DNA of 63,311 nucleotides, counting the filler, from Chthonomonadaceae bacterium (GTDB lineage: Bacteria; Armatimonadota; Chthonomonadetes; Chthonomonadales; Chthonomonadaceae): NCBI GenBank assembly GCA_035650735.1. It is 4 parts of 4 records of this genome, joined end to end, with 100 filler letters (N's around TTAATTAATTAA, not from the genome) between each part and the next. Parts side by side here need not be neighbours in the genome. Positions count along the whole stretch, not along the records: positions 21,412 to 49,613 come from DASRGZ010000132.1; 3 more parts are not named here. The stretch is one strand, 5' to 3'. This document shows positions 27,844 through 37,700 of the stretch, piece by piece (within the stretch, counting starts at the first letter, position 1; each line of letters starts with the position of its first letter). The notes beneath the pieces are model-generated. The model was not told where the DNA came from, ran no database searches, and saw only the letters and a list, made by a program, of their open reading frames with translations. A program made the position numbers and the translations under genes.

Positions 27844-29604
27844 TTACCTTAGCCAGGGTGGGTCTTTCACACAAAGCTCACCGGGCTGCAACTGCACTGC
27901 GATAGCTATACATTCACCCTGATACTTCAAAGGGATCTTCAGTTTCTCTTGGCTGATCACTAATGTCGGGTACCTCTCATGAACAATATGCCAGGCCTGT
28001 TGATTTAGAACTGTACGACCGCCTTCTACGGACGAGAGTCTAGATGCATACACGACCGGAGTTCCTACCGCTATAAGTTCTTGCCCTCTAATAGCGAAGT
28101 GAACCTTTCCGAAATCCACTCCTATCCCCAGGGCGGCATCTGCAAGAGTGACTATAAAACAATCTGCCTTCTGTGCATAAATCTTCTCGAACTCCCTATG
28201 ACACTCTGCCGCTGTTTTAAGGCAGAGAACTGCAGCATCTTCCCCCGAATAGAATAGAGGGAAGTGAGCGACAAGACCATCTCCAGTAAATTTGTCAATA
28301 ATGCCATAGTTCTCCAGTATTCTACTGCGTAGGCTATCTTCGAGCGCGTGCATAAACTCCACATACTTCTCCGGAGTTTTTGCCAGCAGCATTAGATCTG
28401 TCGAGCGTCGGATGTCGACTGCCATTACGAAGCAATCGCTATGAGTTCCATTGAACTTGCTCAAGAACTCCTGGTTATTGAGCATGACATGGGCCGACCG
28501 GTTAATCCGATAATAGAGACCTGTTTTTTCCTTGCGGTTACTCTCCTCTCGGCGAGCATTAAGGATGGCAAATGCAGCTGCCTCTGCGAAGGCCTCCAAC
28601 GCGTCCGTCTCGTCGATATTAAAGACATGCTCCTGCCGATAGTTGACGAAGAGAACACCGACGAAGTTCTTTTCATCATCGTTTTTCTGATGGATCAGTG
28701 GGAGTGCCGCAAGAGATCTGATTCCTTCCCGCTTACAGAAACGTTCCCTTTCTGGGTGTTCTTCATTTTTTCTGAGGACCTTTGAAGTAAGATCGACGCC
28801 GTCGGTGTCATGGCTCTGCACATTCGGGATGTATACCGGAACCTCACGCTTGAGTATTTTCCACGGTACGTCCGTCGGATAAACCGGATTGTTCATATAC
28901 TGTCGGTAACGCAACTCACCCGATATGATTGGTGTCCCATCCCGCGTACGGATAAATTCTTGGAGTTCGTGGTCAAACTGATAGAGAATAACGACATCTG
29001 CGCCCAAAGCTGCTTTTATACTGTTAGTTATCCCGATTAGGGTCTTCTCGATGTCACCATATGTGGTATCTCTGGTGAGTTCTGCCGTGATCTGCCGAAG
29101 TGCCTTCGGCAGACTTATCCTTCCAGCAATGATAGGGCCCACATCACAGGCAAGCTGCGCCAGGTCATCCTTATGCTGATCGGTGAAGTAGCCTTCATGT
29201 TCATGATCTGCATTGATAACCCCTAGAACCTCGTTCCCTGCCTTAATCGGTACAGACAACAGTGATCGAAAAACAGGAGGTTCTTGTCTGGTTTGCAGGA
29301 AGCTCGGATCCTGATTCACATTGGGTGAGATGGATGGTTTACCCTCGCGGGCCACCTTGCTCGCGATGCTGTTGTCTTCTACCTTGAAGACTGGTTCGTG
29401 TGTTCTCCCCTTTCGGGGAGGACCCAGCCTCGCCTTAATATGCAATTCCTGCTTGCTCTGGTCCAGCATCATAATGGAACCAGCAGAGGCATTTACGGTG
29501 ACCAGTGCCGCGTTGAGGACGATATGGAGCAGGTCATCTAAGGTTTGACCTTGATCAAATTGGTATGCCATCGCTCGCTCCGCTGCAAAAAGACTCCTGA
29601 CCAT
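27844..29604 (-). CDS. GAF-GAF-class III adenylate/guanylate cyclase
   Basis: SLLSVPI...LGVINAD and SLAALPL...VGVLFVNY GAF motifs; AVDIRRST, KFTGDG, ASRL; lower GC than flanks. Confidence 0.85.
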   Translation of the reverse strand: MVRSLFAAERAMAYQFDQGQTLDDLLHIVLNAALVTVNASAGSIMMLDQSKQELHIKARLGPPRKGRTHEPVFKVEDNSIASKVAREGKPSISPNVNQDPSFLQTRQEPPVFRSLLSVPIKAGNEVLGVINADHEHEGYFTDQHKDDLAQLACDVGPIIAGRISLPKALRQITAELTRDTTYGDIEKTLIGITNSIKAALGADVVILYQFDHELQEFIRTRDGTPIISGELRYRQYMNNPVYPTDVPWKILKREVPVYIPNVQSHDTDGVDLTSKVLRKNEEHPERERFCKREGIRSLAALPLIHQKNDDEKNFVGVLFVNYRQEHVFNIDETDALEAFAEAAAFAILNARREESNRKEKTGLYYRINRSAHVMLNNQEFLSKFNGTHSDCFVMAVDIRRSTDLMLLAKTPEKYVEFMHALEDSLRSRILENYGIIDKFTGDGLVAHFPLFYSGEDAAVLCLKTAAECHREFEKIYAQKADCFIVTLADAALGIGVDFGKVHFAIRGQELIAVGTPVVYASRLSSVEGGRTVLNQQAWHIVHERYPTLVISQEKLKIPLKYQGECIAIAVQLQPGELCVKDPPWLR

Positions 29605-29825
29605 ACCTCATAATTTGCCGGATTATAACGCTCTATGCGGTCTTATGCCGAAGAGGTTGAACGGTAGCGTAGTTTTTCTAGGTGCAGTAAGTTAGTTCCT
29701 GCTGTCCGTCTCCTGCGTTGCAAATCGCGTAATCGGGGTATTCTCTATTTCTACCGGGAGCCATTGATGCGATGTCAGATCGACCAGTTCTCCGCATCTA
29801 GATTAGGATATTATAGGGAAGCGGT

Positions 29826-30977
29826 TTAAAGGGCGACGCGGTACTTCGCTATTGCGGGCTCGTCTACTTCGATGCCAAGCCCCGGCCCCTGCGGAACCTG
29901 CATCGTGCCGTCCGGCTCCAGCGCAATCGGGTTACGGATGACTTCGCGGAGCATGACGTTGTTGGAGACATTATACTCCAGGAACAGGCTGCGCGGCAGG
30001 CAGGCGTTGACGTGCAGGCTCACGGCGGTCAGCAGGTCGGTCAGCCAGGCGTGCGGGGCCATGTCAATCCCGGCGCGCTCTACCTCCCACATGATCTTGC
30101 GCACCTGAGACAGCCCGCCGCACCGACTGATGTCCGGCTGCGCCACATCAATCTTGCCCCGGTGGATGAGGTCGTGAAAGCCCCAGGCCGTCGCTTCCTG
30201 CTCGCCAGCGGCCAGGCGGGTCTTCACGCCGGCCTCCTTGACGCGCGCATACCCTTCGTAGTTTTCGGGGTGCAGGAAGTCCTCCAGCCAGTAGATGTTA
30301 TACGGCTCCAGGTCACGGAGCAGCTCAATGGCGTCATAGGCGCTGCGGTTCACCTTCCAGCCGGGGTCAATGAGCAGGTCCACGTCCGGGCCGATGGCTT
30401 CCCGCGCCGCCCTGACCAGCGCGATATCGCGCTTTCGATCCTGTCCGAAGACGCCCCAGCCGAACTTGATGGCCGTAAAGCCGCGCTCCAGATATGCCTC
30501 ACAGGCGCGCTTCATGGCGTCGGGGGTCGGACGGAAGAGCGTAGAGGCGTAGGCGCGCACGCGATCCCGATAAGCGCCGCCCAGCAGTTTGTAGAGGGGC
30601 CTGCCGATGGCCTTGCCGATGATGTCATGGCAGGCGATATCGAAGCCGGAGAGCACCTGGACGGCCACGCCGCGCCGTCCGTAGTAGATGCTGCCCCGGT
30701 AGACTTTGTCCCAAAGCCGCTCCACGTCGAAGGGGTCTTCGCCGACCACCAGCGTCTTGAGCCCCTCGAACATCTCCATGCCGCTCGGCGGCGCGTGGAC
30801 CGCCGCCACAGCGACATGCGGGGCCGTCTCGACATCGGCCCAGCCGGTAATTCCCTCATCGGTGGAGACCTTGATCAGTAGGCAGCGCTTGATGCCAACC
30901 GGCTCCTCGCTGCCCTCCGGCGGTCGGTTCTCTTGCGGCGTTTCCAGCAGAATTGCCTCGACATCGGTAATTTTCAA
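29826..30977 (-). CDS. Mandelate racemase / muconate lactonizing (enolase superfamily) enzyme
   Basis: DIACHDIIGKA, WLED, GEQE, QPD, PQGPGLGIE. Confidence 0.92.
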   Translation of the reverse strand: MKITDVEAILLETPQENRPPEGSEEPVGIKRCLLIKVSTDEGITGWADVETAPHVAVAAVHAPPSGMEMFEGLKTLVVGEDPFDVERLWDKVYRGSIYYGRRGVAVQVLSGFDIACHDIIGKAIGRPLYKLLGGAYRDRVRAYASTLFRPTPDAMKRACEAYLERGFTAIKFGWGVFGQDRKRDIALVRAAREAIGPDVDLLIDPGWKVNRSAYDAIELLRDLEPYNIYWLEDFLHPENYEGYARVKEAGVKTRLAAGEQEATAWGFHDLIHRGKIDVAQPDISRCGGLSQVRKIMWEVERAGIDMAPHAWLTDLLTAVSLHVNACLPRSLFLEYNVSNNVMLREVIRNPIALEPDGTMQVPQGPGLGIEVDEPAIAKYRVAL

Positions 30978-31134
30978 GCCCTCACCCCCGCCGCCTCTCC
31001 GAAAGCAATGCAGGAAACAACGTACAACCTGCCGAACGTTCTATTATCCGGCCCTATAGGAGATGCGCGTATGCCACTGTCATCGTCGCAAAAGCATGGC
31101 TGCCTTTTCATGCGCCTTAACGGAGAGTAACACA

Positions 31135-31761
31135 ATGTTGAGATCAAGGAAACAGGTGGTTCTCCGGGTGGTATGGCGGTTAGTCGCGTGTATGTTTCTG
31201 GCTTTTCTCGCCATGCTTATCTCTATATCGGCCACAGAAACGGATCCGACATTACTGTACTTTGTTGCCTTTGCGATTAGCTCCATAATGCTGCCGCTCG
31301 CTTGCATCTGGTTCGTGAAGGTGGGCGAAAGAAACTACTCGCTGCCCCTGCGTCTGCTCTTACCATTGGTCTATTTCGGTTTGCTCTTTTCTATACCGAT
31401 GACTGAATGGCCTCTGCGCTTCACCCTGGCTATATATCAACTATCCACGAACGCATCCGAAACCGCCGCCATGATTTTGCTCTGCGCTTCACCCTGGCTA
31501 TATATCAACGCCCTCTACAGCGATTGGTAGATCGAACCCTGGCAGGTTCTACGGTGACCTTTCCACAAAGGATAGGCCCTTTTGTGATTTACAAGACTTC
31601 ACGGGAAGATCCTGGAATAGCCTCCTTGTGGCATAGACTCAAAGGGCCGTTCTTTTTTGGCGTTCTGCTCGCCAAACCAGGAACAACGATTTTTTCCGGG
31701 AGCTTTATGGTGTTGCAACCGTATTAATGGGCAGTGGCTGCTCGTCTCTGATTGGGATTAG
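31135..31761 (+). pseudogene. Membrane protein gene broken by a 68-bp repeat+spacer insertion and a probable second frameshift
   Basis: Three TM helices, then WPLRFTLAIYQ occurs in duplicated DNA; deleting 68 bp restores ...YQRPLQRLVDR...FPQRIGPF. Confidence 0.7.
31412..31509. repeat. Isolated repeat-spacer-repeat unit (30/38/30 bp) with CRISPR-like geometry
   Basis: CTCTGCGCTTCACCCTGGCTATATATCAAC identical at 31412-31441 and 31480-31509. Confidence 0.9.
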
Positions 31762-31901
31762 GTCTCTTCGTGTAGATCAGTAATGCCGCCATAAACACAG
31801 GTACCGGAGGTCGCACAAGTCCCCGCGCTTCGGCAAGAGCCGACAAATTCCGATAGCCTATAGCTAAGCGCCACCTTCCTTGTGCGGCCCCGGAGGGGAT
31901 A

Positions 31902-32726
31902 TTATAGCTGGCTGAGGTCGGGCGAGGGGCCATCCGGGATGGCATCCAGGTAGCGCTGCATATAGACCCGGAGCGCCGGCGGCAGCGAGTCGAGATACCT
32001 CGGCTGGCCTATCCAGGCTTCCTGCCCGCGCTCGTGGACGGCCACAGGCTGCGAGGCCCGCAGGAAGGCATGGTGCATCGTCCAGCGGAAGGCTCCCGTC
32101 GGATTATAGCCCCGGTGCAGCAGGTTGGGATAGTAGAAGACGACATCCCCCGGCTCCATCTCCACCATCATCTGGCCCGGTATATCGCCGACCGGGTTGC
32201 TCTTCAGCGCTTCGCGCTCGGCCTCGGTCGTCGGGCGCAGGTGGCTGCCCGGCACGATGGTCAGGTAGCGGTCGGGAAAGAGCGGCGCGTTGGTCTGTAC
32301 GACGGTTCGAAAGCCGCGCTCCAGGATGGTCACCTGATGCTTCCCTTCTACCGGGGCGATATCGCGATGCCAGGCTTGAATATAGGGCTTGCCGTCCCCG
32401 CCCGCCAGCATCCCGAACAGGCTATAGCGCACCGGAGCGCCTAAAATCTGTTCGCAGATTGGGAAGAACGGACCGTTTACCAGCGAGTGAGTGAAAGCCG
32501 GACGGATAGTTTGCGGGCGCAGCAGCGAGCCGAGGCGTTCGGGAACGCGCTTTTCCTGATTGATCCAGGGAATTTCCGGCCCTTCGCCTCTGGCCGAACG
32601 CTCGACCAGATCCCGAATATCGGCCTTCAGCGCGTCTAGATCGGCCTGCGGGACGATGCCCCGCTTGATGAGATAGCCATCACGCCGGTACTGTGCTCTC
32701 TCCTCGTCGGTAAGCGTGTAATCCAT
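31902..32726 (-). CDS. Phytanoyl-CoA dioxygenase (PhyH) family Fe/2OG oxygenase
   Basis: WHRD, VPGSH, LLHRG. Confidence 0.88.
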   Translation of the reverse strand: MDYTLTDEERAQYRRDGYLIKRGIVPQADLDALKADIRDLVERSARGEGPEIPWINQEKRVPERLGSLLRPQTIRPAFTHSLVNGPFFPICEQILGAPVRYSLFGMLAGGDGKPYIQAWHRDIAPVEGKHQVTILERGFRTVVQTNAPLFPDRYLTIVPGSHLRPTTEAEREALKSNPVGDIPGQMMVEMEPGDVVFYYPNLLHRGYNPTGAFRWTMHHAFLRASQPVAVHERGQEAWIGQPRYLDSLPPALRVYMQRYLDAIPDGPSPDLSQL

Positions 32727-32751
32727 CCATTTAGCTCCTTCTTCGCCGGCT

Positions 32752-33615
32752 TCACCGTGCGGCAAACACTTTCGGGCGAAACGCGGTCTGTATCTCGTAG
32801 ATCGAGCCCTGCCGTTCCGGCATGGGCAGCGGAACGCGCATGTCCATCTCTTTGACGCGATAGCGGCGGGTGGGCATGCCACGCAAAATCTGCGCGTCGA
32901 ACGCTTCCAGATCGCGCACGCCCATTACCGGCCAGGCGTCTACGGCGGTATACTGGATGAGGAAGAGGCGGCGCGGCTTCTCGGAGGTGTTGGGAGCGGA
33001 GGCGTGCAGGGTGCGGCAGTGGTGTAAGGTGATGCCGCCCGCCCGCACCGGCACCGGCACGGCGCGCGCCGTCTCCACGCGCTCCTTCGCCACGTCCACC
33101 GCCCCGACAAAGACGCCCTCCTGATGGTGGTCCAGGATGGGGCCGCGATGTGAGCCGGGGATCATGAGCATACAGCCGTTTTCGAGGGTGCAGTCGTCGA
33201 GGGCGACGCCGACCGCCAGCAGGTCGTCGTTGGTATGGGGATAGAAGGCGAAATCCTGGTGCCACTCGACCGGCGAGCCGAACGCCGCCGATTTCATGTT
33301 GAGCTTGCTGGCCTGGTAGCGGACGCCCGGCCCGATCAGCGCCTCCACGCAGTCGAGGACGGCCTGGCAGCAGCCGATCTGCTGGAAGATGGGATGGATG
33401 GCGCAGGGCTCCTTGAGTCGGCGCACGCGCGGCTCCTGAGCGGAGTGGCCCGGCTCCAGATCGTAAACGCTGTCGTGATCCATGACGGCCCGCGAGCGTT
33501 CCACGAAGTCTTCCACTACCTGCCGTGCTTCCTCGATCAGCGGCAGGGAAATTACGCCCTCCACCGCCAGGAAGCCGTTCTCCTTATAGAACTCGACCTG
33601 ATCCTGACGCAGCAT
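32752..33615 (-). CDS. Phytanoyl-CoA dioxygenase (PhyH) family Fe/2OG oxygenase
   Basis: WHQD, ENGCMLMIPGSH, TLHASAPNTS. Confidence 0.92.
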   Translation of the reverse strand: MLRQDQVEFYKENGFLAVEGVISLPLIEEARQVVEDFVERSRAVMDHDSVYDLEPGHSAQEPRVRRLKEPCAIHPIFQQIGCCQAVLDCVEALIGPGVRYQASKLNMKSAAFGSPVEWHQDFAFYPHTNDDLLAVGVALDDCTLENGCMLMIPGSHRGPILDHHQEGVFVGAVDVAKERVETARAVPVPVRAGGITLHHCRTLHASAPNTSEKPRRLFLIQYTAVDAWPVMGVRDLEAFDAQILRGMPTRRYRVKEMDMRVPLPMPERQGSIYEIQTAFRPKVFAAR

Positions 33616-33644
33616 CTTCACCTCTCCTCTCCTATCGGCAGCCA

Positions 33645-34313
33645 TCAGCGCAGGGAGTTCACGACCGCAAACACCTGCGCGAGCTTTCGCACATCAAGGC
33701 GCTCGGCTGTACGCACTCCACTGCATATATCCAGCCCGTAAGGCCCTACCTCTTCCACAGCCTGGGCAATGTTGTGTGGGTTCAATCCACCGGCGAGGAA
33801 AACAGGCACGTCTACAGCCTCCCGAATCCGCCGACTGAGTTTCCAGTCGTGGACCCGCCCTGTTCCTCCGAGTTCTTTGATTGGGAGGGCCAGATTGCCG
33901 GAATCCAGCAGCAACCCGTTGACGTAGGGCGCGACGGCCACAGCCTCTTCTATAACTTCTGGTCCCGTAACGTGGATGACCTGCACGATAGATATGCCCG
34001 GCATGGCGTCGTGTAGGTCTTCGTATGTGCCGTTTTCCAGTCGGTCACAAATCTGGATCGTGTTGGCTCCGGTACGCTTTTGCTGGGCGATAATGGATCG
34101 CGTGTCTTGCTGGCTCGTCAGCAGGAACGTTGCCACACCAGGGGGCACTTTTGCAGTAATCTCGGCGATGCGGTCTTCAGATATCACCCCCGGCCCACTC
34201 GGCATGTGCGACACCAGCCCCAGCGCGGAAGCTCCCTGATCTATGGCCTCCCGTGCCTCCTCCACACTGCGGATGCAGCATATCTTGATGCGCGGCTTGC
34301 TTGTCGGCTTCAT
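33645..34313 (-). CDS. trpF: Phosphoribosylanthranilate isomerase
   Basis: RIKICCI, LLDS, GGTGRVHDW, LAGGL, GLDICSGV. Confidence 0.88.
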   Translation of the reverse strand: MKPTSKPRIKICCIRSVEEAREAIDQGASALGLVSHMPSGPGVISEDRIAEITAKVPPGVATFLLTSQQDTRSIIAQQKRTGANTIQICDRLENGTYEDLHDAMPGISIVQVIHVTGPEVIEEAVAVAPYVNGLLLDSGNLALPIKELGGTGRVHDWKLSRRIREAVDVPVFLAGGLNPHNIAQAVEEVGPYGLDICSGVRTAERLDVRKLAQVFAVVNSLR

Positions 34314-34324
34314 ACGTTCCTTGC

Positions 34325-34564
34325 TTAATTGCTTTCGCGGGAGAACGCTTCCGGCGGCAGGACAGGCAGACGCTCGGAGCCTTCCGATAACGCACGCATA
34401 TCCGCTTCCCATGCCTCATCATCGTCAACGTTATCAGGCGAGGTCGGCAGTAAGCTGTTCTCGATCAGACGGCGGGCATACTCAGCAGCATCCAAGCTCT
34501 GACGCCGGACTTCCTGTTGCAGCCGGGCCTCTACCTCCGGCGAGAGTTCTAATATAAGTGTCAC
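34325..34564 (-). CDS. Orphan antitoxin-like small protein
   Basis: MTLILELSPEVEARL...LPPEAFSRES pattern; no toxin follows. Confidence 0.6.
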   Translation of the reverse strand: MTLILELSPEVEARLQQEVRRQSLDAAEYARRLIENSLLPTSPDNVDDDEAWEADMRALSEGSERLPVLPPEAFSRESN

Positions 34565-34567
34565 GCC

Positions 34568-34768
34568 TTAACTCCCCTCCTTTGCCCTGCCTTGACGCAG
34601 CCTGCGTAATTCGGCCAGCATCTCCTCTAAGGTCGCTCCCCTGTCTATTAGGCCGTCACGCAATTCATTGCACAGGACATCAATTCGGGATTTATCTGGG
34701 CTGAGAAGTAACAGCCCGTCCCCTAAATCATGCTCAGATGTATCTTGGGTCATTGGTTTCTTGCTCAA
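34568..34768 (-). pseudogene. Probable AbrB-type antitoxin remnant
   Basis: DLGDGLLLLSP...GATLEEMLAELRR resembles the C-terminal half only. Confidence 0.35.
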
Positions 34769-34777
34769 TTCCAGGGC

Positions 34778-37700
34778 TTACTCAAACACGACCAGCAGGT
34801 CGTCGGTGTCTATGCGGTCGCCGGGTTTGACCAGCACCTCTTTGACGACGGCCTTGATCGGGCTATTGATGTATATCTGGACTTTCATCGCTTCGATGGC
34901 AACCAGGAAATCGTCCTTTTCTACCGCCTGTCCCGGCTTGATCCCGACCTCCACGACCGCGCCGGGCATGGGCGCGCCGACATGGTGCATGTTGTCCCGG
35001 TCGGCTTTGGGGTGGCGATGTACGGAGGCAGCCATCGCCCGATCCGGAACTTTGACCTCGCGCGGCTGGCCGTTGAGTTCGTAGAGCAGCGTGACCATGC
35101 CCTGATGGTCCGGCTGGGTGCGGGCGATCAACTTGATGAAGAGCGTCTTGCCCTCCTCGATAGTCACCGCCGTCTCCTCGCCCGGCTCCATGCCGTAGAA
35201 GAAGACGGTCGTGGGAACCGGGCTGACATCCGAGAACTCGCGCCGATGGGCGGAGAAGTCGGTGAAGACCTTTGGGTACATCAGGTAGGAGAGCACGTCT
35301 TCCTCGGAAGGCTTCCGGTGAATTTTGGCCTCCACCTCCGTGCATTTTGCCTGGAAATCCACCGGGGGCAGTACTTCGGCCATGCGCCCCTGCACTGGCT
35401 TGCGGCCCTTAAGCACCGCCTCCTGAAGCTTCGGCGGGAATCCGCCCTCCGGATAGCCGATCTCGCCCAGGAACAGGCCGACGACCGATTCCGGGAACTG
35501 TAGCTCTGGCGCGCGCTCCAGCAGCGTCTCCGGCGTGAGGTTATGGGTGAGCATGAAGAGCGCCAGGTCGCCGACGACCTTGCTGGAGGGCGTCACCTTC
35601 ACGATGTCGCCCAGCATTTCGTTGACGACCGCATACATCCGCTTCAACTCCGGCAGCCGGTCGCCCACGCCCATCGCCTCGGCCTGCGGGCGCAGGTTGC
35701 TGTACTGCCCGCCGGGAATCTCATGCAGATAGACGTCGCCCGCGCTGGATTTCAAGTCGCTCTCAAACGGCGCGTATTGCTCCCGGACGGCCCGCCAGTA
35801 GTCGGCATGGCGCATCAGGGCCAGCAGATCCAACTGTGTATCGCGCGGCTGGCGCTGGAGGGCGGCGACCAGGGCCTCCAGGCTCGGCTGGCTCGTCAGC
35901 CCCGACATGGAACTGATGGCCGCGTCCACCACGTCCACGCCCGACTCGGCGGCAAACAGCAGCGACGCCACCTGCCCCCCGGCGGTATCGTGCGTGTGGA
36001 AGTGGACCGGAATGCCGACCTCCTGCCGGAGCGTCTCCACCAGCTTGCGGGCGGCGTAGGGACGACACAGGCCCGCCATGTCCTTGATGCCGAGCATCGT
36101 CGCGCCCGCCGCCTCTAACTCCTTCGCCAGGCGGACGTAGTAGTTGAGATTGTATTTGGGCCGGGACGGATCGAAAATGTCTCCCGTGTAGCAGATGGCG
36201 GCCTCCGCAATCGCGCCCGCCTCCCGCACCGCCTCAATCGCGGGCAGCATCGCCGGGACGTAGTTGAGCGAGTCGAAGATGCGGAAGACGTCTATCCCGT
36301 CGCGCGCCGCCACCCGCGCAAACTCTTTCACGACGTTGTCCGGGTAGTTGGTATAGCCGACGGCGTTGGAGCCGCGCAGCAGCATCTGAAACAGGATGTT
36401 CGGGATGCGCTCCCGCAGGACGGCCAGCCGCTCCCAGGGGTCTTCGGAGAGGAAGCGCATGGTCACGTCGAAGGTGGCCCCACCCCACATCTCCAGGGAG
36501 AACAGGTTCGGGAAGTCGCGCGCGATGGCCCCGGCGGCGGGCAGCATATCGTAAGTTCTGAGCCGTGTCGCCAGCAGGGATTGGTGCGCGTCGCGCAGCG
36601 TCGTGTCGGTCACCAGTAGCCGCTTCTGCTCCCGCACCCACGCCGCAAACTTCTCCGGGCCGAGCCGCTTGAGGATGTCCCGCGTGCCCTCCGGCACGGG
36701 CGAGTCCTGATCGTAGGGCGGCACGACGGGCGGCCTGAGCTTTTGGGGCCGGCTGTCGGCGGGAACCTGCGGGTTGCCGTTGACCGTGATGTCGCCGATG
36801 AACTTGAGCAGCTTGGTGCCTCGGTCGGCGCGCTCCGGGAAGTGAAAGAGGTCGGGCGTCTCCTCAACGAAGGTGGTGGTGCATGTGCCCGCGCGGAACG
36901 TCGGGTTATTAATGACGTTCTCCAGGAACGGGATGTTGGTCTTGACGCCGCGAATGCGGAACTCGCTCAGCGCCCGCACGAGCTTGTTGCAGGCGTCCTG
37001 GAAATCCAGACTCCACGCCGAAACCTTGACGATCATCGAGTCATAGAAGGGCGTGATGACCGCACCGGTGAACGCCGTGCCGCCGTCGAGCCGGATGCCG
37101 AAGCCGCCCGCCGAGCGGTAGTGGGTGATGCGGCCATAGTCGGGGATGAAGTTGTTGGTCGGGTCTTCGGTGGTAATGCGGCACTGGATGGCGTAGCCGC
37201 GCATCTGCACCGCGTCCTGGTTCGGCAGGCCGATGGCGGGGTCGGAGAGCGGGTAGCCTTCGGCGATGTGAATCTGGCTCTTGACGATGTCAATCCCCGT
37301 GATCATCTCGGTAACGGTATGCTCGACCTGGATGCGGGGGTTCATCTCGATAAAGTAGTAGTTGCCGTCCTGGTCTACCAGGAACTCGACCGTGCCTGCG
37401 TTGCGGTAGCCGACGGAGGCGGCCAGCCGGACGGCGGCGGCATAGAGCTTTTCGCGCAAGGTCTGGGGCAGGGAGATGCTGGGGGCGATCTCGATGACCT
37501 TCTGGTGGCGCCGCTGCACGGAGCAGTCGCGCTCAAAGAGATGGAGCGTGTTGCCATAGGCATCGGCGAGAACCTGCACCTCAATATGCTTGGGATGGCG
37601 CAGGTACTTCTCCAGGAAGATGTCCCCGCGCCCGAACGCCGCCTCGGCCTCGCGCGTGGCGGCGATGAAGTGATCTACTAACTCCCTTTCGTCGTTGGCG

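Noticed and set aside
27844..29604. Pycsar or CBASS defence system
   Set aside because: No adjacent TIR or membrane cNMP-binding effector; the GAF-GAF architecture points to signalling.
31412..31509. Calling this a functional CRISPR array
   Set aside because: Only two repeats, the repeat is host coding sequence, and there is no leader or cas gene in the window. Reported as an integration scar instead.
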